From: Caecitellus pseudoparvulus
Lineage: Eukaryota; Protista; Bigyra: Bicosoecida
Direction: 5' to 3'
Length of the DNA stretch: 64,000 nucleotides
NCBI GenBank assembly: GCA_965644315.1
Contig: CBFFRQ010000019.1
Span: forward strand, 186,001-250,000
Shown here one piece after another: positions 34,901 to 45,300 of this stretch. The notes under the pieces are model-generated. The model saw only the letters and a program-made list of their open reading frames with translations. It did not search any database and was not told where the DNA came from. Numbering within the stretch: the stretch's first letter is position 1; each line of letters begins with the position of its first letter. The position numbers were made by a program, and so were the translations under genes.

Positions 34901-35189
34901 GGCCGCTGCAGTAGTTGCTGCCATCTATCGCCAGGGCCTGCCAGGGTTTCTCGTTTCCGTGACCGACGCGGAAGTGGACGTGGACGTGGACGAGGAGGAG
35001 CTGCGAGGTCCGCTTGAAGCATGGGGCGAGCACGTTCGGCCAGTGCTGGAGGGTCATGTTGAGGAAGCAATCCTTGCGCTGAAACGTTTGCAGCTGTATG
35101 CTTTGCATGCGCCGGATGTGGAGGAAACACTTGTGCAGCGACTGTTCGGGCATGGCTCTGGAGGGGGCGCTTCCTCTGACATGCCATAG
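25983..35189 (+). CDS. KNTC1: Kinetochore-associated protein 1 (ROD, RZZ complex), ~3050 aa; probable in-frame intron 26212-26277
   Basis: N-terminal beta-propeller (AAWSQDGSVLAVGDEEGKVHF), Sec39-like solenoid (LQRLLAEGDTEAAQAWAQQHRL, TEKLLQYAAAR, WHAF, LLCVRH) and Rod_C-like motifs (RVRALSALLQL, LVRGLWRDH). Confidence 0.8.
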   Translation: MEFIDPDTDSWEAYMADVPDACHGLELEPIATASCGELGASISAAAIAVQTAEGEAERVCVLSDKLVYILSSTIDEGMSAQSLRSVQQGTCIDRCRCAEDAVTATSLAVDLGGVPSAAAWSQDGSVLAVGDEEGKVHFLSAEGALLFSQVVFKADGLGGGFATLGFLTPPSILQAQPELVLLSKAGSLLRLGNLPLASLSAAAAAGDAALLRTHRRSITQARGQVGQQPGVARAALIWAPACTAVVLPGEGALLDIWGVRDGADSADLLCSAGGPAGAGSLGGLAVDGGGRFLFAGLQCGDILLLDMGDFVRSSAVDRQPPSQTLSAPALPGATDAPYKLAALAALPRGGSEDEEGSDAAALALGAPGGPPSHLVVLVALLSQHGDQPDTLASLRVLLEAGEDGTITASLTLDAFCRLPPSSTAQPALLAPPTALARYLLVLQSKATLQLWGAVEESPHAALQRLLAEGDTEAAQAWAQQHRLEPGEFAAVEAQVVADALSAACHGGAVDPEDEAEQVRRLAQHLDAVETDLALVVQLCTTVCVTQQVHTEKLLQYAAARCKLARDASATGAGSEQGDSVQDLLQAVQEQQYLLETYKRMVSSDAAAACFAQRQGTAAPPSDEEGDGEGALWQADAWHAFRDTPLVDTVARLLAVGAIPALQLLCVRHGGAQVGKALASAASGLPHLTPPTAIVALLKTYAVPVADEAGAVALSRLAIARAVAWEAHTGDPQAALQWLAVGSGEGAVVGAHAPQQAILAACSRTQGWQAAGEAWKDLGLQEVLCQPPDSGLMCVQAPPGLPRLRALLQAQASLLSTFNLRVSLKELAQCTPGDVVVMLLDVEEDADSLPTHVSAVVASFTTQHGVDLAACLTNYILDLTGALQEVEDPGALEHRIVQCVRSIADPDARVDAALQYLKGLSPPFSHHADAVIRECIATPCAHDEAVTLQLRLMHLHSLFGRYPISRANLSSTMHARLVLGYVTSRTDKPGSVFDAMCLCAGYPTLSSQEATCGHILALAIAPPHEGEVAFLARQSLHDIVCSLPPQTMAAHLHDVISGAASTPEPGAPLLRRQLAARADRAVAALFAPLRAAAALHAWRHGRWEDHVASTPEEDHPAHLVPYHFAGAMRRAIEGHLAPPAPQGVWRVDVEALEAATPAARQEASLVCSAMFDTGLGSVLQAFSLQRVAHCAAVALQGLAAARTKHLAALQAALGLSSSVPPPPSAILALLSALEALMKASVAASSPPTMSLFNDAYLWQWDAVTGSDAWAAAQLDEQALTEQVTAAGGGEEVTLSAALHSLWSVLSCDTLLTALSAAMTLRGLLPHLDAAAWSVHGQEEEQKGHLLGVPVIPTSQICLTPPSLQLDCTVAVSTWAQQHRQAFRRLQLVLGVGLLGVPGSEASVLRRLARDVEAIGKELASPDAPLRLLSQAAEGLGHHPLLVQLQAADAALRSGDSKAAIWWLRHLPTATPRNALRAAALQVADQLAQSLATMMKGSEAAAKDLAEALNDVGDLQLRLAPWGSHDSSSAAQSACHLPGSVLSHTDQGEYASTHVAVAAPRRPLTLAADLFGGSASPAAGLPAASPPLSVPGSDEAAALASRAVLGAAWQASGSSVISTLPAVQAAGAASRALLAGTPSVPEVQALVALLHKNRCSTPELHVQAAGARVPPVREAMQRLLHHTLHSGHVDARLAILALFGGSAPLAIEELRSAATGRGGAFARLATLGCLGVDLAAALGDASLAEESRQLLTSAHWWQLFAGSGVQVHPDRMQVRVGSGDGDGYAASLLPVVLHLAKFEVEQVQGYCSAYGVPVSTAACIGVQMLLAHPPTLDACTTSASGEPPVIASWHHRVQKLANIAEASHLAEALQAIFPKINAVDYGRLQLALTLLCRADDTNTEAASTLEVLSVISRYGAVALQPHPAVQAVHSSGAASGPFYGAEELSFAPPSATVSGRYKVWVQQNAPSRLPLHELLEEPWSVLMPQLTPARVSSLLSLALTLGLPGDELYLHLARRMTLALVKQTTTRARRAQIHSAATLALSHVQHIATTLAARSGMDPCGPCSTAVIFHHVPAELLPAGAVSEPASAPSAPLGDWDSTGLPSTLTLPQLMQQVAAISNAEVALEVLEWALQQIPSDRVQLLSLHPELHEALWGDPTAPAADRQALTVRVAMPCSGEGGPLQVQLTLPLDAACAAEAEVAALFGHTATTLGVLHATPGTTLTTARMPAGAVPDAHAALDSATQRTLSLAPFLPHGCLAQNGAGTPIVGCCLPLQAPAMPAQYAVLGAGGQPVPGAPVVDSAFLDTAALPPPHALRQGHEVYLQCLLESPDVTEDGLEAVRAYNKLLGEGGSADSAKLPPPLRPFWNHASVVGAQGSTCSVLLDEESSRLGLLPLRLCTARAACGIAMRHKNDLVEIAGSEAALMADGGVIGDAYAALMESVGRILEEASMDASRMGLAALGPAAYAMFVPLLETPGDLVKGLLAALAAPAACVALRGGGLGNGVAAMPCPASAAAATAFHTPLGSGWELFEFLFCLASKYSDLGMYSAKGNLVQRWLLRPLQLAPLPPLPPALQSLEPSEVAEELNILRVLYVLDAPAHVPMLPSAGGKPDLLGDRKAGGTVLIKVAYMKDTSRVSLRARVRALSALLQLLPPLHINALYSKGLPALGQYWQECSKLAALRDAQVPVDLLTLQGSDPLPLVRGLWRDHGAMRAAPLALHKVLADILLDARVEDAALWHTLLSSMQRRGWHTPVRQLLLRLAESGMHRSLVGVDMQGVWDTAIAWPTTWLRSRHEEGPPVALPGGPAQTPSDLVHHAAAVHLTSSQVWEAEGLLEALRSTVHLLFVSPSPPADLSALVQEVASLGSVTASIALNMAMTPLSHSTKAGLLQDVVRVAGFLPALLAALGTGAGDDLPGAAASPLPALVRELSASKTLLKESLGSRQWLAIAAALAKFCDDPTQQSVVQVLLEYGAPAQAAAVVAAIYRQGLPGFLVSVTDAEVDVDVDEEELRGPLEAWGEHVRPVLEGHVEEAILALKRLQLYALHAPDVEETLVQRLFGHGSGGGASSDMP

Positions 35190-35414
35190 ACGTTGAAAGC
35201 CACAAGTGCACTGCCTCAGGGGCAGCCAAATCCGCAAGCCAGGTGAACACCTGGTCCACGCTTTCACCCAGCTTCCAAGAAAAGATCCCCAGCAGCGAAT
35301 GCACAAGGTTTGTGACCGCCTTCAATTTCAGGGACCGCGGGGGGCTGCAGAGCGTGTCCTCGGACCGTTGCGACGTTGCCTGCGAGCTGGAGCAGCTGAA
35401 GCCAACGCGAAGGC

Positions 35415-38400
35415 ATGCCGCACAGCGCCTCTGGCTCGCCTGCCGAAGAAGCGGGAGCGAAGGCTGCCGTCGTAGCATGCTTAGAAGGCGACGCCGTTGC
35501 CCTCTCTGCACTGCCGCGTGAATCCCTGCCGACGGGGAAGCTGGGAGGGCGCTTTGCGAAGGTACGGCGTGGCACGCGGCCTGGCATGGGCCTATCTTCC
35601 GCTACATGACGGCTCTCCCCACCTGGCCGCCCCTCATCATGCACAGTACACTTCTCTGATTCACATCGTTGCATCGAAAGGCCATGGCGGCCTGGTGCCG
35701 TATTTGCACTCCTCAGGATGCAAGCTTGATGTCTTGAATTCCGTAGGTTTCTCGCACGCCGCATGCGACGCCTGGCGACGGCTTCACGTGCATGGCCTTT
35801 GCCGCGCTCACAGGCCTCCCGGTCTGCCCTGCACACTGCGTGCCTATCAGGAATAGAGGACTGCGCTCTCGCGCTGCTCAAAGCTGGCGCAGACGTGTAC
35901 GCTTCGGACAAGGTGGGTCAACATGTCGTGGTCCGCAGCCACTCCTGGCGAGCGTTGAGCTGCATGGCACTTACTTGGCGCTTGTGCACAGGGCGGAGCG
36001 ACAGCTCTGCACTTTGCGGCACGACGTGGAATGACCAACGTCATCGGCAAGCTGCTCCTGGCTGGTGCTCGAGTGAACGCACAGGACAAGCGAGGCATGA
36101 CCCCCATGCACGAGGCGAGCCGCAGCAAACGCACGGAGGCCATGCAGGCGCTGCTGAGGAGCGGGGCGAACACAGTGGTGGCAAACAAGGATGGTGACAC
36201 ACCGCTCCACTTGGCTGTTCGAAGTGCTGATGCGGTTCGGGTGCTGTTGTTGGCCGGGGCTAGCGTAGAGGTCAGGAACCACGAAGGCGCTTGTGCGCTT
36301 CTGTCAGCCTGCGTGCATGGAGACGTGGAAGTATTGAAGTTGTTGCTGCAGGCTGGTCAAGGGGCCAACGTGAATACGGCAAACGGAAAGGGCATGACGC
36401 CAGTTCACGTTGCCGCTCACTATGGTCACGAAGAGTCCTTGAGACTGCTGGTCGAGGAGCATGGCGCGGATGTGCACGCCAAGCGTGCTGGGAATGGGCA
36501 TTGCACCCTGCACACTGCCGCTGCAGCAGGGAACGCAGGGTGTATACAGGCCCTTCTGGACGCGGGGGCGGATGCAAACGAGACAGACTCTGCAGGGCAA
36601 AGCCCCCTGCACTTGGCAGCAAAGAAGCAGCACGCTGAAGTCGTGCGAGTGCTGCTGAGGCATGGAGCGGCACTTGATGAGCCAGACAACAGCGGCAGCA
36701 CTCCTGCAGACATGATCATGCAGCGGAAGGGCGCATTTGACTCGGACATCATGGAGGCAGTCGTGACGGCACTGCGGGGGCGCAGGGGCACACCGAGGCA
36801 TCGGCGCGGCGGAGCGGCAGGTTCGCCGACAGCGTCAGGGGCCATCGAGCTGGACCCTCTTCGCAAAGACATTGATGCTGTCGCAATCTGCGTCCCAGTG
36901 GGGGCCGAGGCGTACGTTGCCAGTGGATTAGTGATTCTGGATGGTCTGCTGTCCTTCGCAGACTTCATCTCAGACATCATCGTCTCGATCCAGTTCTTCT
37001 ATGGCGCGGACATATGGTGGGGTATCTTGTCCACATTCATCTTGGTTATTTCCTGGAGCTCCACGATGACCACAGTAGTGCTGTCGAATTCGGCTGTGTA
37101 CACTCGCGCAGAGCAAGCGCTGCGACTGGCCTTGGCTTCCACCGGCTTGTTCCCACTGGGCCTTTCCCTGGGACTCAAGGTTGTGGGCAAGTCTGAGTTT
37201 GTCTTCTTTGAGCAACTGCGCATGCTGGAGGTTTTCGTGGAGAGCATCCCCGAACTGCTGCTGCAGATGTACGTGCTGGTAATCACGGTGTCCCGGGCGG
37301 GGGGCAGCACCGCCACCGTCTCCAGCGCACAAGTCGCGTCCTTGACCCTTTCCTTGCTCTCCGTTGCGAATGCTGTCTTCGACTCCCGGCGGCGCGACAT
37401 CATTTCGGTGTCAGTGCCCGGGCTGGTGGAGGATCTCGTGGCGAGGAGGCCGTGGGGCATTTTCGTGCGGTGGTCTGTGCTGCTGCTGACTGTCATGGAG
37501 GTAGCAGCTGCCATCATCATCTACTCCATGTTTGCGTCGGTTTTCGGCATCTACATTTTCCTCATGCTGGGCTGGTGCGTGTCCATGGTTTGGCTGTACA
37601 CCGCATACAGATACCACACCCTGACTGGGGCGCGGGCGGGGAAGACTGTCAACGACGGCGTGGACTCTCGCCTTATCTTCTTGTACTACGCTGGCTTGTC
37701 GGTGGTGTCTGGGGCTGGCTTCGTGCATGGGTGGGGTGCCGCTCGCGATGACCACCTGCGCCACAAGGCCTTGGCATTGAAGCTGTTTGGCACAGGCGAG
37801 CACGACCGCTTGCTGCTGACGGCGGCCTGGAAGAGCCTCTGGTTCTTGTTGTCAACTCTCATTGCCTCCCTTCTCGTGACTCGTTGCTCAGATCAAGCCC
37901 TGAACGTGTGCACTTCTGGAAACTGGGATACCCTCGCGTGGGCATGCTTCGGTTGCTGCGTGGCGGTGCACGTCGTCTACACTGGGCTGCTCCTGATCCA
38001 GCGACACCTGCTGACACTGGATCACCCGGCGGCGCCGACCCACACTGAGCATGTGCGCAAGGTGAAGGCATCTGCCGCGACACGGGCCATCATCAATTCC
38101 CGCGAGGAGCGGCGACGGGGCACCCCTGGCAGCAGCAGTGGGTCACGGTCTGACATGACAGCAGCTGTGGGGGTCATGGACGCTCCTGGGGCAAAGTGGG
38201 CAGTGCCATCTGCACCGCTCAAGGCGGCACCTCTCGACAGCGCGCATGCTGCATCCTCCAAGTCTGGGCCGGGCACCAGCTCTGAGCCTCGCGGCCCGGT
38301 GGAGCCCAGTAGCGGCGGGTGGCAAGCTCACGACGACATGCAAGATGGGACTTCAACCATCGTGTCAGACGTGGAGTCTGTGTCATCCAAGCAGCAAGCG

Positions 38401-38793
38401 GAGGAAGGTCACGCTGGCCTGGGGCACTCGCACGCCGCAGCGCTTCGTGTGGAGACTGCCGCAGAGTCCAAGGGCATGGGAGGCGCAAAGGCCTCCTTTC
38501 GCGACGCCTTCATGACAGCAGATGACTGGGCTGCGACCCCACTGGACCAGCACCAAGCCTGGGCAGACGTCGAGAAGCAGGCTAAGGGTGCCACTGCCAC
38601 TCCCAGCGGAGTGAAGCCAAGCTGGGGCAGCACTGCCAAGGCACCCAGCAAGCGCCAGCGTGCGAGCATCGCGACAACAGCGTCACTAGGAAGCACCAAG
38701 TCGAGCACTGTCGGTGGTGGCTTCACTCTGCGCTCCGCCCAACGCGGCGCTGCGAAGCCGACCCGTGGACGTGGTCGAGGGTTTGGCAGGTAG
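35415..38793 (+). CDS. Ankyrin-repeat protein fused to an XK-related (Xkr scramblase-like) multi-pass membrane domain; 4 exons
   Basis: About 9-10 ankyrin repeats (TPMHEA, TPLHLA, TPVHVAA, SPLHLAA), then SFADFISDIIVSIQFF..WWGILSTFIL, LRMLEVFVESIPELLLQMYV and QVASLTLSLLSVA, which are XK-family motifs. Confidence 0.8.
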
Positions 38794-38992
38794 TGGAGGG
38801 GCCGGCCGGGCAAGCGCAGCCTTACCCCACATGGAGAGGCTGAACCACATTTCTTTGTTAGTGTTGAAAATGTAAACGTGCATGCATGGCTGGGCACCCC
38901 ATGCCAGTGTGCCAGCTCTGGTCCAAGCTGCGCTTGCGTCGAGCCAGTGAGTAAACCAGTGGTGTGATTTGCCTCGGAAACAGTGCAGCACA

Positions 38993-40651
38993 ATGGTCAG
39001 CCACGAGGAGATCGCAACGACGAACTTTGCTAGGAAGCCGTTCCGCACATTGTCACTCTTTGCCTATGTCTGTGTCCTCGGCGTGCAGTGGTGGGTGCTC
39101 GCGAGCGTGAATGGGTCGCGGAAATTGCATGCACCCTCCTGGCGGATCGCAGGGCGGCATCCCAGGCAGTGCAGCATGCGAGAATCGTCTTATCGGCAGC
39201 AGTTGTGCTGTCCGTTGGGGCGCTGACAGTGCTGTATACACCACCGGGCTGGGTGGAGGCACGCAACTCAGCCGTGGAGGTGAGTGGCGCTGCGTCCGAG
39301 GTGCAGCATCGTGAATGGCTTCAATGGACCAGGCCGTCTCTCTTCCCAGAATGCCGAGTTTGCGGCGTACTGGATTCTGCTAGGGGTTCTGTCCTCTGTT
39401 GGGCTCGGGTCTGGCCTGCACACATTCCTGCTGTACCTGGGTCCGCACATTATCCGTGTGACGAATCACGCAGTGCAGTGCGGCAACACAAGCTTCACCG
39501 CACAGCAGTCTGTGTATTGGGCACCCACTCCGGAGTATGACGAGAGTGCATGGGACTGTGTCAAGTCCTTTGATTCAGAGGGGCAGGTTCTGCCCGTGCC
39601 AGTGACGAGCATCCTCGCCAAGGTGGCGCCAGCTGCCTTCCTGTGGGGCCTGGGCACGGCACTGGGGGAGTTGCCGCCATACTTCGCGGCCCGAGCTGCC
39701 GTGCGCAGCGGCAAGCGCCTGGCGGAGCTGCGAGAAGTGCAGGACAGCGAGGAGGCCGTGGAGAGCAAGGCCTCCGTTGGCGTCATGGAGTGGGCCAAGG
39801 TGCTGGTGTACGAGGGCATCCAGAAGTACGGCTTCGCGGCGGTGATGCTGGCGGCGTCCATCCCCAATCCGCTCTTCGACCTGGCTGGCATGACCTGCGG
39901 GCACTTTGGCGTGCCCTTCTGGACCTTCTTCGGCGCCACGCTGGTGGGCAAGGCATGTGTGAAGGTCATGATCCAAGTCGTCTTCTACGCCACTGTGTTC
40001 AACCCTGCATCGCTGGAGGCACTGCGCACTGGAGTGGTGGGGGCCATCCAGGCCCTGGAGGACAGTGTCTTTGGCTACCAGTACAAGTCATGCTGGGCTG
40101 GCCTCCCTAGCAAGTACCTGCACGGCGAGGCGGCCACGGCCGCCGCTCAGACCGGCCATGCTGTGTGGGTGGAGGATGCACCAGGTGGGGGGGCAGCATT
40201 GCCCCAAGCTGCATTGCAGCAGTGCATGTCGTGTTGCCACACCACGTTCACTGGTGCGAAGATCGCTGAGGAGCGGTGCGCAGAAGGCTGCAGCACCTTT
40301 GTCCACGGCCCGGGGGTGTTGCCCATGGTGTGGCAGGGCCTCGTTGCCCTGGCCATCGGCTGGTTCTTGCTGACGTTTGTGGAGAGCACAGTGCAGGACT
40401 TCCTGACTCAGCGCTCCCTAGCAGCTGCCGAGCAAGAGGAGGCTGGAGGTGCGAGCCGCGCTGCCAAGCGTGGCACACACCACGCCCCAGCAGACCCGAC
40501 GTTCAGGCCAAGCAAGGAAGCCCTGCGCGCTGCAGATGACGGGGAAGGGGGACATGTGGCGGCCCCCGTGGGGCGCACCATCGCCACGCGGACTCGGTCT
40601 GCTCAGCGCCCTCGCTCTCGCACGCGCCTTCCCAGGCTGCGCGACGCGTAG
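38993..40651 (+). CDS. VMP1: Vacuole membrane protein 1 (DedA/SNARE_assoc family); 3 exons
   Basis: YWILLGVLSSVGLGSGLHTFLLYLGPHI, FLWGLGTALGELPPYF and ASIPNPLFDLAGMTCGHFGVPFWTFFGATLVGKA. Confidence 0.95.
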
Positions 40652-40887
40652 CACTCGGGCAGCCAATTCACCACACCCAGTGACAATGCGCTGAGTTGGA
40701 AGAGTTACAGGTGGAGGCACGCTGGTTGAGCTCGCCCCCCCCCGCCTCTCTCCCTTTTTGCGGACACTCCGCTACAGGCATAGACACACGTGGAGCCAGG
40801 GCAAGCCAACACGCCACCCCTGCACTGCGGCTGGAGCCGACGCCGGGCCTGCGTGAGGCTCGCGTGCAACAAAGGAAGGCGTAAAGA

Positions 40888-41946
40888 ATGGATCAGGTGA
40901 ATTTGCTGGACTGGTACCACAGCATTCCGCCTGTGACCAGGGTTCTATTCACAGCGTCGATGGCCATCACTGCTGCTTGCGCTCTGGACATGCTGTCTCC
41001 GTTTTCCCTGTACTACAACTACTCCCTCATCTGGGAGCGAGGAGAGGTGAGAAAGCACACAGTTCATGGGATTTACCAAACCCTGGTGCCTTTCGGAGTT
41101 CGCTCGACCCGGCAAGCGCTCGCGCCCTGCGTTGTCTTTCGTTTGCGTAACGCCGCCGAAACGCGGCCAACTCCCCGCCCGCGCAGGTGTGGCGCCTCGT
41201 CACAAACTTCCTCTTCTATGGCCGCTTCGGCATCGACTACATTTTCCACATGTACTTCTGTGAGCTTCTCTGCCCGCGTCGTCTTCTGGCTGCGGGGCGT
41301 GCATGCACTCTCTCCCGCTCACGTCACGCAGTGTGAGCCCCCTTCTGCTAGACCTATACCGCGGTGCAAGGCGTGCCACATGGCCCCACCCTTCACCCCT
41401 TCCCAATTACAGTGTACGCTTCGCAAGTGCCCTGGAACATAGCTCCTTCAGGCGCCAAGTGGCTGACCACCTTTGGTTCTTGACACTGGGCGGGGCATTT
41501 TTTATGGTGCGTTGCCCCCTTGCTGCTCGACAAGTCTCGCCGCTTGCGGCGTATTCAACGACCCTGGGGCGCGTTCCTCGCAGAGTATAGCGCCGTGGGT
41601 GCCCATGCACTTCTTCGGATCTGCACTGACGTTCATGATGGTGTATGTGTGGGCCAGGCGCAATCCCCACGAGCGAATGGCCATGCTGGGTGTGGTTCAC
41701 TTTGACGCGCCTTGGCTGCCGTGGGTGTACTTCAGCCTCTCCCTCTTGCTTGGTCAGACAGTACTGGTGGACCTCATGGGCATAGCCGCTGGCCACACGT
41801 ACTTCTTCTTCCAGGATGTCCTGCCTGCGGTGTGTGCTTCGCGGGGCTGGGCGCCGGTTCAGCCGCTCTCTGCCCCCTCAGCTCTCAAGTTCTTGCTGGG
41901 GCAGCAGGACCACCCTGCAGAGTTTCAAGTGATTCAAGGCGGGTGA
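40888..41946 (+). CDS. Derlin-2-like ERAD membrane protein; introns 41047-41186, 41260-41331, 41333-41412 and 41507-41583 (1-nt exon at 41332)
   Basis: WYHSIPPVTR..GE|VWRLVTNFLFYG..FHMYF(F)VRFASALEHSSFR..AD..|FFGSALTFMMVYVWARRNP..APWLPWV..DLMGIAAGHTYFFFQDV. Confidence 0.93.
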
Positions 41947-42329
41947 GCCTGCACGCTCCCCCCCTCCCACAGCCCAGGTTCGCGCCGTGTACGGCTGGCA
42001 CCAGCCAGCCACGAAGGCGGGCTGGTCTGCCCACCGCCCCCTGCACCGACAGGTTCCGCTGCCATTCAGACACTCGGAATACATCTCCATGCTCACCGCC
42101 CCACAAGAATCAATGCTTCTGACTGGTCCCCCGCCTACCACCTGCGAGTGCTTCTGTTTGCTTGACAGCAGCAGGGGGCGCGGTGTGGACAGGACTGCGA
42201 GCGTGGCGTGGCAACGCTTGCAGCGCGAAGTGCTTGGTCGGATCTCCCCCCCAAGCCACTGAATTGGCCTGCTACACACACAGTAACAACTATTCCTATT
42301 GTCAGCTTCTTGCAACCGCCGCTTGCATC

Positions 42330-45300
42330 ATGTCGTCGCCTGAAGCAGCTGAGGGGGCTGCTTCCGGAAGTGGTGGTAGTCGCAGCGACGCTCCCCGAAG
42401 ACGTTCAAAGGTGCCCGGAGGGGAGGAAGCGTCTCGCCTGCGTCAGGCAGGCACCGCAGCAGCAGGGGAGGATGCATCGGAGACGGTGCACTCCTCAGCC
42501 CCTGAACCGGCCAGCGTGAAGCGCGCAGATGGCCTGCAGGCGGGCGTCTTGCCACAGGTGTCGGCGGTACTGGTGGGGCACGAGCGACTGCAGGAAGGCA
42601 CGTCCAAGCGCCCGTACACGGTGTACACAGTGCAGCTCTCCACGCCCATGGCAACATGGGAAGTTCGCCACCGCTACCGATCCCTCCTGCGGTTGCACCG
42701 ATGCTTGCAGCGTGCATTGGGGGACGCTGCGCCCGCATTCCCATCGAAGAGCAAGCTCTTCAGCAGCAACTTGGCAGCCTCCTTCATCCAGCAGCGACAA
42801 GAGCACCTGGAGGCATGGCTGTCCAAAGTGGTCGTCATGCCCTCTGCTCTTCAGCTCGAAGTGGTCTTTGAGCTCCTGGACTCACCTCACGGGGACTTGC
42901 GCACATACGTGCACCTCATGTCCTTGTCCGCGTCACACTCGGGCCTGAACCAGGCCGTGGAGCATTCCCACGCCCGCATGGAGTCGCTACAGGAAGCTCT
43001 TCGGCGCAGCAACACCACCATCTTCCAGCTCCGCATGCGGGTGGCGCGCATGGAGTCTGCTCTGGACGTCCTGTTTGAGGCAGTGAGCAGGGCGTCTGGC
43101 TCGGACGCATCGGCCATGCGGCAGCTGCTCTCTGGCGCTCCTCTACACAAGCAACCCCTTCCATCGGAGCCCACTGAATCAAGTGCTCCATTGTCGTTTC
43201 CTCCCGCCAGCCAGGTGCGGACACGCCGGAGCTTGAGCGCTCAAGCCGTTCTTCGCGTTGCCGAGCTGTGGCACAGTCGGGCTGGCCCCCTCAAGTGGGA
43301 GCACGGCGAGACAGGCATGGCAGCCAGCCACAGGCCTTCCCGGCCTGCACAAGCACCGCCGCCACCTGCCAGGCACTCCAGCCTCTCGTCCCCCCTGCCG
43401 CCGACGCCAGAGCAGACGAAGAGCTCAGGGCCGACACTTGCAGACTCTGCTGTGTCCATGCCTGAAGGCAGTGGCGCTGCGGGGCTGCCCCTCACTAGTC
43501 CTCCGGGGGGGGGTGCTGAGGACAGCGACACGACATCTGAGTTTTCGTACGAAGAGCCGACAGCCTCCGCTGTGGACCGGCGCGCCTTCACCTTCCCACA
43601 CCCATCCATGCAGGGGGCAGTGCCGGCCTTGCACGGGCGCAGGGGCAGTGCAAAAGAGAAGGCGGAGGATCCGCTGGACGGCGCACCACTGGCGGTTGCC
43701 TGGAGTCTGGGCACCCCAGACACTCGACCCCCCGCGCGTTCCCTGCAAGCAGCGGCGACAAGCACAGCCGTGCATGCTGAGGTAGATGCAGTCAGTTTCT
43801 TGGACTTCGCAGCCCAGGTGGAAGACCGCGGCAGCATCGACCTGGACACCCACCACACGCTGTCCAGTGCCTCGGCGTCGGGCATTCGCGTGGAAATGGC
43901 GCCCCGCACCGCCAGTGACCTTTCCTCCCAGGGCACGGGCGCGGCGCCGGCTCCCGCACTGCAAGCTATCTCTGGCGTCTTCGACGCTGTGGTTGGCATG
44001 GCGGCACCGACGCCCGAGGCAACAGCGCACCGCAAGCGCATCCACACCTTCATCGCTGACCTGCTCCAGCGCGCGTTGGGCTCGGAGTGTGTCTTGACTG
44101 GGAGTGGGGCAACGAGCACCTACTTGCCGGGCAGTGACATGGACACGACGCTGCTTGTGGGGCACGACCACCCTCCTGCCTTGGTAGCCTGGGTCTCACA
44201 GCTGCTAACCATGATTGCCTCCGGGTCGAAGGTGGACGATGCCATCCTGAGCATGCGGGGAATGGTGGCCGATGCCGCCGCCGAGGCAGACGAAGCAAGT
44301 GCTGACCACGGCAGCACCGCCCCTCAACGAGATGTCTCGAAGCCAGCATGGCTGCAGGGAGTGGCTGTGGACGCGGCCTCTGCGCCCGCCAGCTCAACGT
44401 ACGTGCCTGCCTGGTCGGACGTAGACTCGTCATCCCCAAGCGAGCCAACGCATGTGGAGGACTCCCTGCCCGCCCTTGCACTACACAACGTGTCGTTTAT
44501 CTCTGCGGAAGTGCCGGTGGTCCGGTGCACGGTAGCTGCAGTAAGTGTGGACATCAGCTTGAACGGGGCAGGGGCTGCTGCGGCAGCAGCCTTGCTGGAG
44601 TGTGCTGATGCGTGGGTGGGGCGAAACCACCTATTCAAACGCAGCATGTTGCTGCTGAAGGCCATGCTGAACTTTGACGTGCCAGAGTACCACCCCAGCC
44701 GTCCATTCCTGAACGAGAGCTCTGCTGGGACGTTCTCCTCCTGGTGCCTCAGCATCATGATGCTCTCGCTGCTGAACTCTCACCCCATCCCCGTCGACAG
44801 CCCACTCCGGGCGGTGGTGTTGTTTGTGGAAGAATATGCCGACTTTGACTGGGGGACGCACATGATCACCATGGATGGGCCTGTGCACATGTACCTGAAC
44901 ACACGCCCTCGCCCGACAGTCCAGCCCCGCTTCATCACGCGCAAGCGCCTTCACCCCTTTCGCCAATTCGCTCATGACACAGCCTTGCACAAGCAAGACG
45001 AACAGCACTTTGATATTCGCAGCGTGAACGTTCAGGACCCCCTACGCCCCGCTGCCAACGCTGCGCGGTCCGTCTCCCGGGCCGGCCTCCAAGCCATTTC
45101 GGCAGGCTTGCAGGCTGCACGCACGCGTTTCCGACAGCTGCTTTTTGCCGTGCACGAGCACCGGGCGGAGGAAGCGGGCGTGTTGGACTCTCCAGCTGTG
45201 CTGGCAGCGTTGCACTCCATCTTGCTTGGCAGTGTCGGCAACCTCTTCCAGGCCCGGCGCCCCGACACTCTCCCGTACAAGGTCCCAGAGGCCACCACGG

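Noticed and set aside
25983-35189. Kinetochore gene ROD lying ~15 kb from the candidate centromere
   Set aside because: There is no mechanism linking gene position to function. This is most likely coincidence.
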